Origin: Diadema antillarum
Taxonomy: Eukaryota
Direction of reading: 5' to 3'
NCBI RefSeq assembly: GCF_040938485.1
Contig: NW_027271643.1
Coordinates: forward strand, 682,001-746,000
DNA: 64,000 bases
Under the pieces are notes generated by a model, which ran no database searches, had not been told where the DNA came from, and worked only from the letters and a program-made list of their open reading frames with translations. This document shows positions 11,596 to 23,280 of this stretch, piece after piece. A program made the position numbers and the translations under genes. Numbering within the stretch: the stretch's first letter is position 1; each line of letters opens with the position of its first letter.

Positions 11596-12710
11596 GTGAG
11601 TGGTCAGAGGTGTACAAATTTACTCTTATAATGTACTTGCATTTTTTAAAATTAAAACAGTAGAATAAACAAATTAAAGCAGTGAAACACAAATGGCAAT
11701 ATTGTGTAAACCGAGGAAAACCGGGGTCATTTCAAGAAATTTGGGACCAGCATGTCAGTATCGCATGTCAGTATCGCAGTTGATTTGACCACCTACGTGA
11801 TGGGTGCTGCATTGTATACAAATAGTCGTGACGAAGGAAGAGCAAACGGATGTTACAGTGTTATTATTTTATATTATTTTAGAAATAGGAAATTTGAAAG
11901 TTAGAAGTGATCAAAGTTGTTTTATAAATTCAAGTTTTCTTCATTTGAATTGAATTAAATTCAAATCTCATTTCCTTTTTCGTAAAGAATATAAATATTT
12001 CACATCATTGACATTCAAACTTTAAAACATGCAATTATTCACAAACAGTATGTTATTGTTGTCGATGGACACACTAATCGTTGGTATTCAGCCACTTGCC
12101 AAGATATTGATGGTCAATCACACCCAAGTTACATTATGCTTACTAAGGAATGGAACCATACTGTAACATCTGGAAGTATGAATTAGCATCGTGCTTGAAA
12201 ACATTTTTTTTTTTTGTCTCTCTTCCTCTGAGCCATAAAGAATATCGGCAAAACACGAATTGCACTAATGTCTAAAGAGCAGATTGCTTGACATATTGGA
12301 TGTCTAGATCTTGTTTAAACATATGTTTAAACAAGATACGATATTAATTCTAATTGATATCAATTTATTAATTTTAATTAGTATTGATTTATACAGGAGT
12401 TTTATCAGGAGATATGGTTGATTGGTTTTGGTTCATTGTTTCCGTTATGGTGCACGATTATAAAACAACACTTCAACCATGAATTCTTGAAAGGGGAAGC
12501 AATGTCATAAATGCACTTCATTTATCTGGACACTCAATGGTGCATGTTCTGCCTACAGTGAAGCAAAATTGCTCTTGGGCCTTTCATACATTTGTCGTGC
12601 ATCCCAGTAGGGTGAACATGGAGATTGTCTACAATGATATTATACACTTTTTCTCATCTGTTAACGTGATTAATGTGTTGTCTGTATCTGTACATACTCC
12701 ATTTGCTCAG

Positions 12711-12884
12711 CCTGCGAAGTTTTTCACACGAATAATGCTGGCGGCTCGCGTACATTTGTTTTTCCTAATGGATGGCACGTGGTAGAAAATACGACCACGT
12801 TGGATTTCGAGGTCAGCGCGAACGGCGAGAGTTTCGTCGGCTTGTGCAGCGTGAACTATCAACAGGAGAACATGTACGAAATTG
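12711..12884 (+). CDS. Methyltransf_FA (FAMeT-like) domain, first exon
   Basis: Acceptor tttgctcag|, donor G|gtgagt, phase 1-1; ...TLDFEVSANGESFVGLCSVNYQQENMYEI joins AIGGWGN in the next exon, giving the YEIxIGGWxN signature of this domain. Confidence 0.8.
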
Positions 12885-13427
12885 GTGAGTTAACATCTAG
12901 GACTTCTTTCGATCATTGATATTTTAGAGTCACTAAATTTCGAGATCTTAGTGTGCATGATATACTAGATACATACTATCATTCAAGCGCAGTTTCAAAT
13001 TCATGTTTGAATCGACTTGAATAAACCGAAGAAATAATTCAGATGCCATGGATATGGATAATGAAATAAACGGAAATTTAGTAAATATTCGTGTCGAGGT
13101 GGACGGAATACCCACTATTACTTCATTTTGTTTGCATGAGAGGTTACCCCCCCCCCCCCCAAAAAAAAAAAAAAAATCCCCCAAAGAGAGTATCACTGTT
13201 TCGTGAAAAAGGAGAAGAACTTTTATTTCTTCCTTTTTTTCAGTTCGAATTTGATGAAAGCTCGGCCATTCTCCTTGTTCTATCATACTCCACTCATTTA
13301 TAGAGTCAATTTTGGACATGGTGTTAAATTGTACTTAAAGTTGTATCAAATCTGTTCAAGCCCTTCGTTGACAGCTCACAGGCGACCAATTCCGTGTATG
13401 AATAAAAATCCGTTTTCACCATTATAG

Positions 13428-13726
13428 CGATAGGCGGCTGGGGTAACACTGGCATCGCAATACGCCCTTGTTCAGGAAACAACTTCGGCTCCAGATGTAC
13501 TTGGTTGACGGAAGTGGACGCATCCAGAGTGCTTGCGGGTGTTCCGAAGTACGATCGCTTCTGGATAACTTTCAGTGAAAACCACATCCGGATGGGTCGC
13601 CATGGCAACGCAACTCCAGTGTTCGATGTTTACCAGGCGCCTCTCATGGACATAAACTATGTCGGTGTTTACACGGGATACGGTGCGGAAGGTGATTGGA
13701 AGTTTCACTCGTTTTGTTTGAGCTAG
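13428..13726 (+). CDS. Methyltransf_FA (FAMeT-like) domain, second exon, ends at TAG
   Basis: Acceptor ttatag|; IGGWGNTGIAIR...DRFWITF...INYVGVYTGYGAEGDWKF matches the FAMeT-domain motifs (GGWGN, FWI, YVG..TGxG..GxWxF). Confidence 0.8.
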
Positions 13727-15091
13727 GTAACGGCAAAGAACTACAAGACATCCTAATAGCTAAAGTTTCTTAACACAAAACATCGAATGTCTGTTCCTAG
13801 CTAATGATAACATAATTATGATGATAATAACGAAAAATCATACGTTCCTTTACGATAATTCGTGATAATTTGAGATATTTTGTAAGCGAAATTTCGCTGT
13901 TGCATGATTGTCTTGCATACGTAGACATATACAATATACATGTACATCTGTGTGTGTGCGTGTGTGTATTTTTTCTTCGACCATCAAATAATAACATTTT
14001 TTGTTTCTTTTTTTTCAATTTCAGTTTCAATTTATTTTAATATATCTCTTTGAAAAGTACATAAAGTATAACAAAGTAAAATGATACACAATATTCAGCT
14101 AGGATGCACTATGAATGATTGTAGTAAACATGATAGAACATGGTGGTCAATCTATGAAAGTTTGAATCTAAGTATAATGGTAAAGAAATATGATGGAACC
14201 TACTTGAACTTAAATGTAATTAAAAGAATTGAAAACCTGTGTTGTGGAGCCTGTTCCTAATCCATAAGAGCAAACGTAACGCTTATCACGACAATCATGT
14301 CATGGATAAAAAGAGAAAATATCTCTTTAAAGCAATACAATTTTTGGTTAAATTCATGATATAATTGCAAAAAAAAAGTTACAATACTACCAAAAAAAGA
14401 AGAAGAAAGAATCGTGGAATACCTTGCAACAGATCTTAAAAAACGAAGTGTTATGTCAGATATTAAATGAATATGCCTACCCGACCTATATGTACTTGCA
14501 TTTGTCAACGAGTTTCATAATCATTTCGGTGTGTAGGGCCTACTATGCATTCCTGCAGAGGTATCGTTCAATTGCATCCATTTCCCATATTACCGTTAAC
14601 AACTGATGGTCAGTATTACACTCACAAACCAGTATCTATGGCGCCTCACGTGTCTACACCGTGTGCACTATAATTGGATTACTGTGCAATCTAAAGTAGA
14701 TATTAAACGTATGTATTGCCCACGATTAGACAATGCAATCAAATTGCGACTGACCTGAACATTGTCCAGTATCATGTAAACATGCAAAGTTCACATTGAG
14801 TCTATCATTGATTGATTGATCTTATTTATGCACTTCTCTTTCATACGTAAATGCAATTGAATAAAGTTATTGAGTATTGTTTGGATCCAACAGCTGAAAC
14901 AGCTAAGTGATTAACTAATATGTATTTACGACATTATTCCATGATAATACAAAATGAAGACGAGCATGTGTTATTCATGCATATTCAAACTTTACAAGAA
15001 GGCCTACTGCCGTTCAAAAGACAAATTAAGCAACTCTAAAATTTAAAAAAAAATACTAGCACAGTGAGACTATTATTATCATGCAAATAAA

Positions 15092-15440
15092 CCGTGATTT
15101 GGCTCACAGTAGCGCGTCTGCATGCCTCCAGATCCAAAGGACCAGGGTTCGATTCCCGAGTCTCATTGAGCAATGTTGTGTGTAATCATACAGTCCCCTC
15201 CAATGAGAGATAAAACATAATGTCCGTTGGATAGGACATAAAAGCATATAGGTCCCAGGTGTGAGAGAGCCGTAACAACTCATCCCTCTTCATTCATTCA
15301 TCGCAAAGAAGAGGGTGCATAACGCAGTAAAATGGTCCTGCCTCACACTAAGCTTGACCCCATGGAAGACCAGCTAGTGCAGCTGAATATGGGCTATACC
15401 CAGTCATCTTTTCGGACGGAAAAATGAAACAAGCAAACTA
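15092..15440 (+). mobile_element. tRNA-derived SINE with LINE-like 3' tail
   Basis: A-box-like tggctcacagtag (~15100), B-box GGTTCGATTCCC (15146-15157); 3' part ccatggaagacca...tgaat..gg.cta..ccc resembles the 3' end of the LINE at 21.5 kb. Confidence 0.65.
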
Positions 15441-16256
15441 ACATACACTTGACCAGGATAATAGAAATAATCATTCGTTGTAAGAGGTCTACGTCGTCAA
15501 AGCTAAAATTGTTGATCATCAAAGTCTTACGGTGGATATAACAAGAGCATGAGGTGGAGAGTGATATACAGACATGGGAAAAACTTATTTGCTGTCATCA
15601 TACGTTAGTAATCAGGGTCTTAACTTAACACATAGTTCAAGAACTGCCGAGTTTTGCCCTAAAATATCCATATAATGTTTATGCAGTAGTGTGTGAAACA
15701 ACACGACTTTGATTGGGTAAAGACAAAATTGCGAAAAATTAACCAAAAAGATTATGTGGAGCTACTACTCCCTGATTGTTGTTGATACACGTCTTTTTTT
15801 AATATATAATTGTTTATCGATAATCTACAAATTTTGTATAAAGTTTAAAAATGCAATATGCGGTAAAGACGAAAAGCCTGCTTTTGTACAATATGATTAG
15901 ACTCTATGGTCCAGGACAAGTCTATGTGTTTGCTTACCTGGAGGGGGACGAGACGTTAGTAATAAAATTGACATCCTAGTGTTCTATGTCCAGCTGCTTG
16001 TAAGCGTGTATAATTATGCCTGTTGATTTTAGCGTACAAAAATATGTAGAGACATTACATGTAGTTATAGCTCTATCTATCTATTTATCTATAGTATATC
16101 TATCTATTTATCTTTCAACCTATCTATCGATCTATTTCTTGTGTGTATATGCAGAAGAACTAGGCAATTGCTTGAACTCCGCGTCATTTAGATTGGTAAT
16201 CGTTATGGCATAACGTACGTATAAATTATGTCTGTATGTATTTTCGTTTAATGCAG

Positions 16257-16295
<39 letters not shown>

Positions 16296-17739
16296 TTTGT
16301 CTCTGTGTGTGTGTGTGTGCGTGTGTGTGTGCATCGTCACAAGGAAAATGGAAAGTAAATTTGAAGTGGTGAGACACAATCGATTCGGGAATTGACGAGT
16401 ATATGATTGAAAACTCCAGGCACCTTTTCCCCTTCCCCATGGGGGTAGCTGAGGAGGAATTCTAGCCTCTCTTTTTGCGGAACCCTTGACCAGCCGTGTA
16501 CCTTACCGAGCGGTAATTGGTTTATGTCCCAAAGGCAATCTGAGGCCACTCCCCAGTGTCACTAACAGAGTTATGAAAATGCAGTTTCTCTGCAGCAGTC
16601 CACTCATGGACTATTGTACAAGGCACATGATTATATATATACACNNNNNNNNNNNNNNNNNNNNNNNNNNNNNNNNNNNNNNNNNNNNNNNNNNNNNNNN
16701 NNNNNNNNNNNNNNNNNNNNNNNNNNNNNNNNNNNNNNNNNNNNNNNNNNNNNNNNNNNNNNNNNNNNNNNNNNNTGAATCATACCCATGTTCATCGTAA
16801 GTTATGTAAATGAAATGTTTATTTGCATATTTGTATATAGACATTAGTATGTACGTATATTATTTGCATATCATACCCTGCTTGCCTTCGACTTGCAATG
16901 CTGATTTTTTTTTTTTTTCAAAGACCCAATGTCCAGGGTGTAATGGCACAACCCGAAACACTTATTTGGATTTATCTAAAAACGACTCCAGAACAGATCA
17001 TAGCCTAATCGATATAGGCGGGGCAAAATACGAATCCTGTGATGGTGTACAAATTAAAAACACAAAATGCATTCTCCGGAATAAATTGGGCAATTTAATG
17101 AGAATAACTATACTGATAAAGCGATATAAAGTTGGTAACTACGAACTACCACACTGATGTCCTGATCAATCGCAGCGTTGGTTTAGTGTGTCAGTGTAAT
17201 ATATACCTGTTCGTTTTGAGAACTGTTTTTTTATGTTAATGTCTATTTCAGCCATATGCGAGGGGTGGGGGGTGGGGGGTGGGGTAGTCAAAAAGTTGAT
17301 TTATGCAGTGACAGCAGTGCGCATGACTCATTGCATNNNNNNNNNNNNNNNNNNNNNNNNNNNNNNNNNNNNNNNNNNNNNNNNNNNNNNNNNNNNNNNN
17401 NNNNNNNNNNNNNNNNNNNNNNNNNNNNNNNNNNNNNNNNNNNNNNNNNNNNNNNNNNNNNNNNNNNNNNNNNNNNNNNNNATAACTATTTCTTGATATT
17501 GAGCGCTTTTATTATACAGGACATGATCAAAGCGCTGTACAATCAACATACGACATTCACAAAATATGAAAACAACATAATCACAATTGAAACAGTTCAG
17601 TCTTGAGTTTCCTTCTAAACATTTCTTCTGAAACACATAGGCGGAGTTGCTTTTGTTGTTGTTGTTGTTGTTGCTGTTGTCAGGTGGGAAACCCCTATCA
17701 ATCCCCTTACCCGTTTTGGCCGTGATAATATGCGTAAGT

Positions 17740-20700
17740 GACAGTGTTTTTTGGTGGCGCCCTTCCCTCATGGCTGCACCTCTCTGTCGCTCTGAATTTT
17801 CTGTCATTTTCACCCTGATTTCATACGTTCGTAAATGACTGTTCGTGAGTATGATACCACAGTTTGCATATTTTGACTGTTGTGGTGCTGTTTGTACCGG
17901 TTTCGTGGTTTTACAATATCGAGAAAGATGTATTTAACCTGCTTCAATTTTCGTCGAAGCCAAGGCTTTACACCTGCCATTTCATGTACACTGATTACAA
18001 CATTAACTTTCGCCTTGATCGTGTGTGCGCTGACCATGACCATGACTAGACTTGTGTACTCGCGTGAAGCTCTTTTGAATGTTGGAAGAAGAGTCGCTTT
18101 TCATGGTCATCCCCCGCCTTTCACACGCGGTGAATGGCAGCTTTGGAAAAACTTGAACGTTGCTCGCGGTACAAAGAGAGGCTGCCGTGGCGGACAGAAG
18201 GCTGCTAAATATGCTGCACCTTGTGTTATTTCCCTTGGAAACGAGCATGCTGAGAAAAATCTACATGCAACTATTTGTCATGACAAACCTAATCTTCGCC
18301 GTCAGGCTTTTCCCAAAAGTACTTTTCAAACTCAACGTAAATGCCGCGTTGGATTGTGGAACGCCCGTTCGATGTCTAGAAAGACGACTTGTATTTGTGA
18401 TCTCATCATAGAGAGCGACCTTGATGTTTTGGTGTTGACTGAATCGTGGCTTCAAGGAAACCAAAGAGATGAACTCGTCTTAGGGGACATCAAAACAACT
18501 CTGCCGAACTACACCTTACTCCAGTGCCCACGACAAAGCTCCAGAGGAGGAGGGATATGTGTGATATATCGCTCCTCAGCTCATGTTACTGTGCATGGTA
18601 TGACTGATTTCAAGAGCTTTGAGCACATGGATTTCAGTATCCGACTCTCTTCGGCATCGGTTTTAAGATGCTACGCTGTCTATAGACCACCACCTTCGCC
18701 CAGGAACAAACTGACATATAACATGTTCCTGCAGGAATTTCTCACGCTGCTGGAATCAGCAGTAATAGCGGATAACGCACCACTCCTGCTGGGAGACTTC
18801 AATATTCATGTTGACGATGACAGGGATGTCCAAGCTCAGTCATTCATGTCTTCCATTGATTCGCTTGGCTTCCATCAACATGTAGCAGGCCCTACCCACA
18901 TCGCGGGGCACACACTGGACTTAGTAATGACCAGGAAGGTGGATGATATTGTCTCTAGTCTCACCCTTCAAACCGGTCTCCCTTCGGATCATTCTGCGGT
19001 CGTCATCACTGTCAACATGATGGGGCATCGTAACGGTACGAAACACGTATCTTTCAGAAAGCTTCGAGATATTGATATATCATCATTCAAGCAGGATATT
19101 CGCGAGTCTGCTTTATCATCTTCGGCAGCTATGTGTCCTTCTGATGCTGTGGATCTTTACAATCGTACAATGACTACACTCTTGGACAAACATGCGCCCT
19201 TACAGAATAAGACGGTGACAACTAGGCCATCAGCACCATGGTACACGCAGGAATTAAGGAGAGCTAAACAGAACAGACGGCGTGCCGAGCGTAAGATGCG
19301 GAAATCTGGCCTTTCAGTTGATAAAGACATCTATCGCCAGCAATGTAACTCATACTATGCAGCCCTGAACGAATCCAAGTCCAAACATTGGACTGGTGTG
19401 ATTGCTTCTGCGGATTGCAAGGAGCTATTCAGAATTGTTAAGAGACTTACCTGCTCTAACCACGAATCTGTTTTTCCAGATCATTTGTCTGATGCTGATC
19501 TTGCCAATGATTTTGGGCAATACTTCAGTGACAAAGTTAGCAGAACTATTTCGGCGATAGATGTCTCACCAACTGACGAGTTGCCATCCAGCGTGGAATC
19601 ACGTTCACTGCCTCAGGTCAAGAGCATTGGTTTCTGCGATTTCCAGCCTGTCTCTCTCTCTGAAGTCAAACAGATCATGACAATTATTAAACCGAAGACA
19701 TGTGGCCTTGACCCTATTCCTTCTAGACTCGTGAAGTCATGTACTGATGAACTCATTCCTTTCATCACAAGGATTGTTAATCTTTCCTTATCATCCGGGG
19801 AAGTTCCATGTGCATTTAAGACATCGCTCATCATACCGCTCCTCAAAAAGTCTTCGCTTGACAAGAATGACTTAAGGAATTATAGACCAGTCGCAAATTT
19901 GCCTTTCATCAGCAAGGTTCTCGAGAAGATTGTGTCAGATCAACTCATATCATACCTTGAAACAAACAACCTGTTTCCTCAACATCAATCTGCGTACCGG
20001 AAGTGTCACTCTACTGAGACTGCCTTAGTAAAGGTAGTGAATGATCTTCTGCTTGCCGTTGACAAGGGTCTTGAAGCTGCCCTCATTCTTTTGGATTACT
20101 CGTCGGCCTTCGATACTATAGACCACACCAACCTCATCAACTGCCTAAAAGAGCACTATGGGATGGATGGATCTGTACTTCGCTGGATCGAATCCTACCT
20201 CGCTGATCGTAGTCAGAAGATCGTTGTGAACGGCGTGGACTCCAGGTCATTTCCTCTTTACTGTGGCGTCCCGCAGGGTTCCGTCGTAGGACCATTGTTG
20301 TTCTCCCTTTACACTGGTCCGTTGAGCCACATCATTGGCTCACACCATGGAGTGCAGCACGCAATCTACGCGGACGACACTCAGTTGTATGTCATAATGA
20401 ACGCTGATGACGACCACCGGGCTGCTTCCATGCAGAAACTTCATGATTGCTTCCTTGATATTAAGTCATGGTCTTCCCGCAACCATCTCAAACTAAATGA
20501 AGCCAAAACTGAGTTGTTGTTCGTCTCATCTCAGTTTAGGCAGCAACCGGGATTTCAACCTTCTTTGGATATGGCTGGAGAATGCGTTTCTTCCTCTGAC
20601 TGTGTGAGGGATCTTGGTGTTACCCTCGACAAGCATCTCACTCTCACTAACCACATTCGAAATGTCTGCAGATCGGCTTCCTTTGGCATTGCTAGGATCG

Positions 20701-21470
20701 GGAAAATAAGGAGATTCCTTAATGAGTCATCTACAGAAAAGCTGGTACATGCATTTGTGTCTTCACACTTAGACTATTGCAACAGCCTTCTCGCTGGTCT
20801 TCCTCGCTCCTGTCTTGCTCCGCTACAACGCATCCAGAACACCGCTGCACGTCTCATCACACGCACGAAGAAGCACGAACATATCACACCTGTCATCAGA
20901 TCACTGCACTGGCTACAAATTCATGACCGCATCATCTTCAAAGTTCTACTCCTCACCTACAAGATTGTCCACAACTTAGCACCATCCTATCTTCATCATC
21001 TGGTTTCCCTCCGGACTATATCTACTTCCTCAACAACCAGACGCCTTCGTTCTCACTCCACTGCACATCTTCAACTCACATCGGCACCGCGCACCCGTAC
21101 CCGTTATGGCAACCGTGCCTTCAGTGTTATTGCACCCACACTATGGAACCATTTGCCCATCCACGTCCGTGAAGCTCCAACAGTAGACTCCTTCAAATCA
21201 TCACTGAAAACTCATCTGTTCTCTCATGCCATGTAATTTGTATTGATTTATTATATGCAGTCTGTATATATGTTAAGTTCGTTCTATACGTTATAACTTA
21301 CAATGTTTATCTTATGTATTTTGTATATTGTATTGCGTTTCATCGTATCTCAATCTTTATATGTTCCATGATTGAATCTATTTTTCCTAATTTTTCTTCA
21401 GCGCTTAGAAACATCGTAATAAGCGCTTTATAAATGATATTTATTATTATATTTATTATTATTATTATTT
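17740..21470 (+). mobile_element. Near-full-length L2-clade (CR1 superfamily) LINE
   Basis: Single long ORF, AT-rich 3' UTR, 3' stem-loop agcgctt(21400-21406)/aagcgct(21421-21427) and a (TTA)n tail to ~21470. The 5' end is approximate and no TSD was found. Confidence 0.85.
17928..21236 (+). CDS. LINE ORF: apurinic endonuclease + reverse transcriptase
   Basis: APE motifs GLWNARS, LTESW, LLGDFNIH, TLDLV, SDH; RT motifs LDYSSAFDTI, GVPQGSVVGPLLF, YADDTQLY; no stops or frameshifts. First in-frame ATG is at 17928, alternatives at 18036 and 18042. Confidence 0.95.
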   Translation: MYLTCFNFRRSQGFTPAISCTLITTLTFALIVCALTMTMTRLVYSREALLNVGRRVAFHGHPPPFTRGEWQLWKNLNVARGTKRGCRGGQKAAKYAAPCVISLGNEHAEKNLHATICHDKPNLRRQAFPKSTFQTQRKCRVGLWNARSMSRKTTCICDLIIESDLDVLVLTESWLQGNQRDELVLGDIKTTLPNYTLLQCPRQSSRGGGICVIYRSSAHVTVHGMTDFKSFEHMDFSIRLSSASVLRCYAVYRPPPSPRNKLTYNMFLQEFLTLLESAVIADNAPLLLGDFNIHVDDDRDVQAQSFMSSIDSLGFHQHVAGPTHIAGHTLDLVMTRKVDDIVSSLTLQTGLPSDHSAVVITVNMMGHRNGTKHVSFRKLRDIDISSFKQDIRESALSSSAAMCPSDAVDLYNRTMTTLLDKHAPLQNKTVTTRPSAPWYTQELRRAKQNRRRAERKMRKSGLSVDKDIYRQQCNSYYAALNESKSKHWTGVIASADCKELFRIVKRLTCSNHESVFPDHLSDADLANDFGQYFSDKVSRTISAIDVSPTDELPSSVESRSLPQVKSIGFCDFQPVSLSEVKQIMTIIKPKTCGLDPIPSRLVKSCTDELIPFITRIVNLSLSSGEVPCAFKTSLIIPLLKKSSLDKNDLRNYRPVANLPFISKVLEKIVSDQLISYLETNNLFPQHQSAYRKCHSTETALVKVVNDLLLAVDKGLEAALILLDYSSAFDTIDHTNLINCLKEHYGMDGSVLRWIESYLADRSQKIVVNGVDSRSFPLYCGVPQGSVVGPLLFSLYTGPLSHIIGSHHGVQHAIYADDTQLYVIMNADDDHRAASMQKLHDCFLDIKSWSSRNHLKLNEAKTELLFVSSQFRQQPGFQPSLDMAGECVSSSDCVRDLGVTLDKHLTLTNHIRNVCRSASFGIARIGKIRRFLNESSTEKLVHAFVSSHLDYCNSLLAGLPRSCLAPLQRIQNTAARLITRTKKHEHITPVIRSLHWLQIHDRIIFKVLLLTYKIVHNLAPSYLHHLVSLRTISTSSTTRRLRSHSTAHLQLTSAPRTRTRYGNRAFSVIAPTLWNHLPIHVREAPTVDSFKSSLKTHLFSHAM

Positions 21471-21479
21471 TAGAACCCA

Positions 21480-22103
21480 ATTTATTTATTCATTTATTTA
21501 TTCATTTCTAATCTTTTGTCAGGGTAGTCCATTCACCAGTAAATAGTGGTCTTCCATGGAGCCCTGAATAATGTTGATGAACATATGTACATTAAATAGC
21601 AAAACGTATATACAGAAGATGACATAATACAGTGTAGATACATACCAGCATACTGTACATTGCAAAGTAACATAAAAAAGTACATGTCACAGCAAGAGTT
21701 CACCAGAATGCCGAAATAACAATTAAAACGCTATTATACAGGAATGATAAAGCCCAGAATGAATTTCGTGTGTTACTTACAAATAGCAACTTTGCTTAAA
21801 CAATCTCTTAAATGAATATATGGAAGAAGCTGATCTAATTGAATGATCTAGCCTGTTCCATTCAAGTACAGAGGATACGATTGGGCTGCACTTGTGACAA
21901 TCAGAGCGAAATCTTGGCACACATAGATTTCCACTGTCTATTAGCCTTGTATGATGTTCATGTACATCACTAGGCTTAACTAAGTGCACCTGAAGGTACG
22001 AAGGTGCTAAGTTATGGACGCATTTATATATCATCATAACGCGGCTGAAATCAAAACGTTTGTCTAGTGTCATCCATTTAGGACTTTTGAATAAATCAGC
22101 CAA
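21480..22103 (-). mobile_element. 5'-truncated CR1/L2-type LINE (3' end of ORF + UTR + (ATAA)n tail)
   Basis: ORF 21777-22103 (WMTLDKRFDF...YKCVHNLAPSYL...EWNRLDHSIRSASSIYSFKRLFK) is homologous to the C-terminus of the 17928 ORF; tail at ~21480-21510. Confidence 0.85.
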
Positions 22104-23226
22104 TGGTGTATAGGACCTATGTCTACCATTATGCTCAGATGCTTTGCTCTAAATTCTTTTGTTCATTCCTTCATCGTGAGGTTTGAACACCAGCCGAGGG
22201 CTTATTAGGGGGGGGGGGGGTGGTGGATTTGTTTTGGCAATGTGTTGTTTTTAGAGTACACAACTCGATCACAGATCAGTCAACAATGATGAGAATAGGC
22301 ATGCTAGATATCGGTACAAAACAAGAATACTAGAGAAAAATGTACACAGAACACGTGTCCCTGCACTTAACCTTTAATCCTAAGAACAAACACGATAGTC
22401 GACAGAAGAGAAACATATAAAGGGAAAACAATACTTTACTCGTACCCACTTCTCGCACATACTATAGTCTGTGTCAACATTTGTTTTCTTTCAAAGAGTC
22501 GTTCTCTGTAACGGCTGTGACGAGAAGAGATACATGTTTGTTTTCTTGTTTAATCACACATCAGACATTGACATTACTTTTATCTTGTGAGTTAGCATTA
22601 TCTTGCAAGCTTGAATTAGCATCCAAAGAGAGAAAACGTTTCTGATTCTAAGGTCTGTGAGAATGAAGTGGAAACGCAAGATCATTTCAAGAACTTAGGT
22701 TGAATGGATTTATTCTAAAAAATGGATACATATTGTATCTTTTAAAACTTTAAACTGTCTTCTCATACCAATTTGTTCACTTTAGAGTCACTGTTTCTCG
22801 ACAATGATACTGCTGTCTATATGTTGTTCTCATCACTGTTTGTTCACAGTATCCATGGTGCCAGGGATGGATAAATAGATCAGTGTAAAATATAAATGTG
22901 TGTTGGTGTGTGTTCATGTGTGCATGTAGTAAAAAAAAAGAAAAAGAAAAAGGAAGGAAGGAATGACAGGGAGCTAGGACACGGAAAAAAGAAAGAAAGA
23001 AAGCTGGGGTTTAAATGCACAATAGTTCAACAGCTTCAGTCGGATTTGATAGATTCGTGACAGTCGCTGACTGGATGAGTCCTAAGCAGAGTTTGTTGAA
23101 GTGGCGTCGGATTGTCATCTCTTCCTCTGTATAACCTTCTCTCTCACTCTCTCCCTGTATATCTGTATCACTGGAAATAATAATTTCCCTCACATTACGT
23201 GCACCCATCGGAAAGTAGTGAATCAC

Positions 23227-23279
<53 letters not shown>

Positions 23280-23280
<1 letters not shown>

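Noticed and set aside
17880-18400. 2A-like ribosomal-skip peptide in the LINE N-terminus
   Set aside because: No D(V/I)ExNPGP motif is present.
18003-19864. Short overlapping or antisense ORFs within the LINE ORF, and within the GPCR (38582-39901)
   Set aside because: Expected shadows of a coding strand; no independent motifs.
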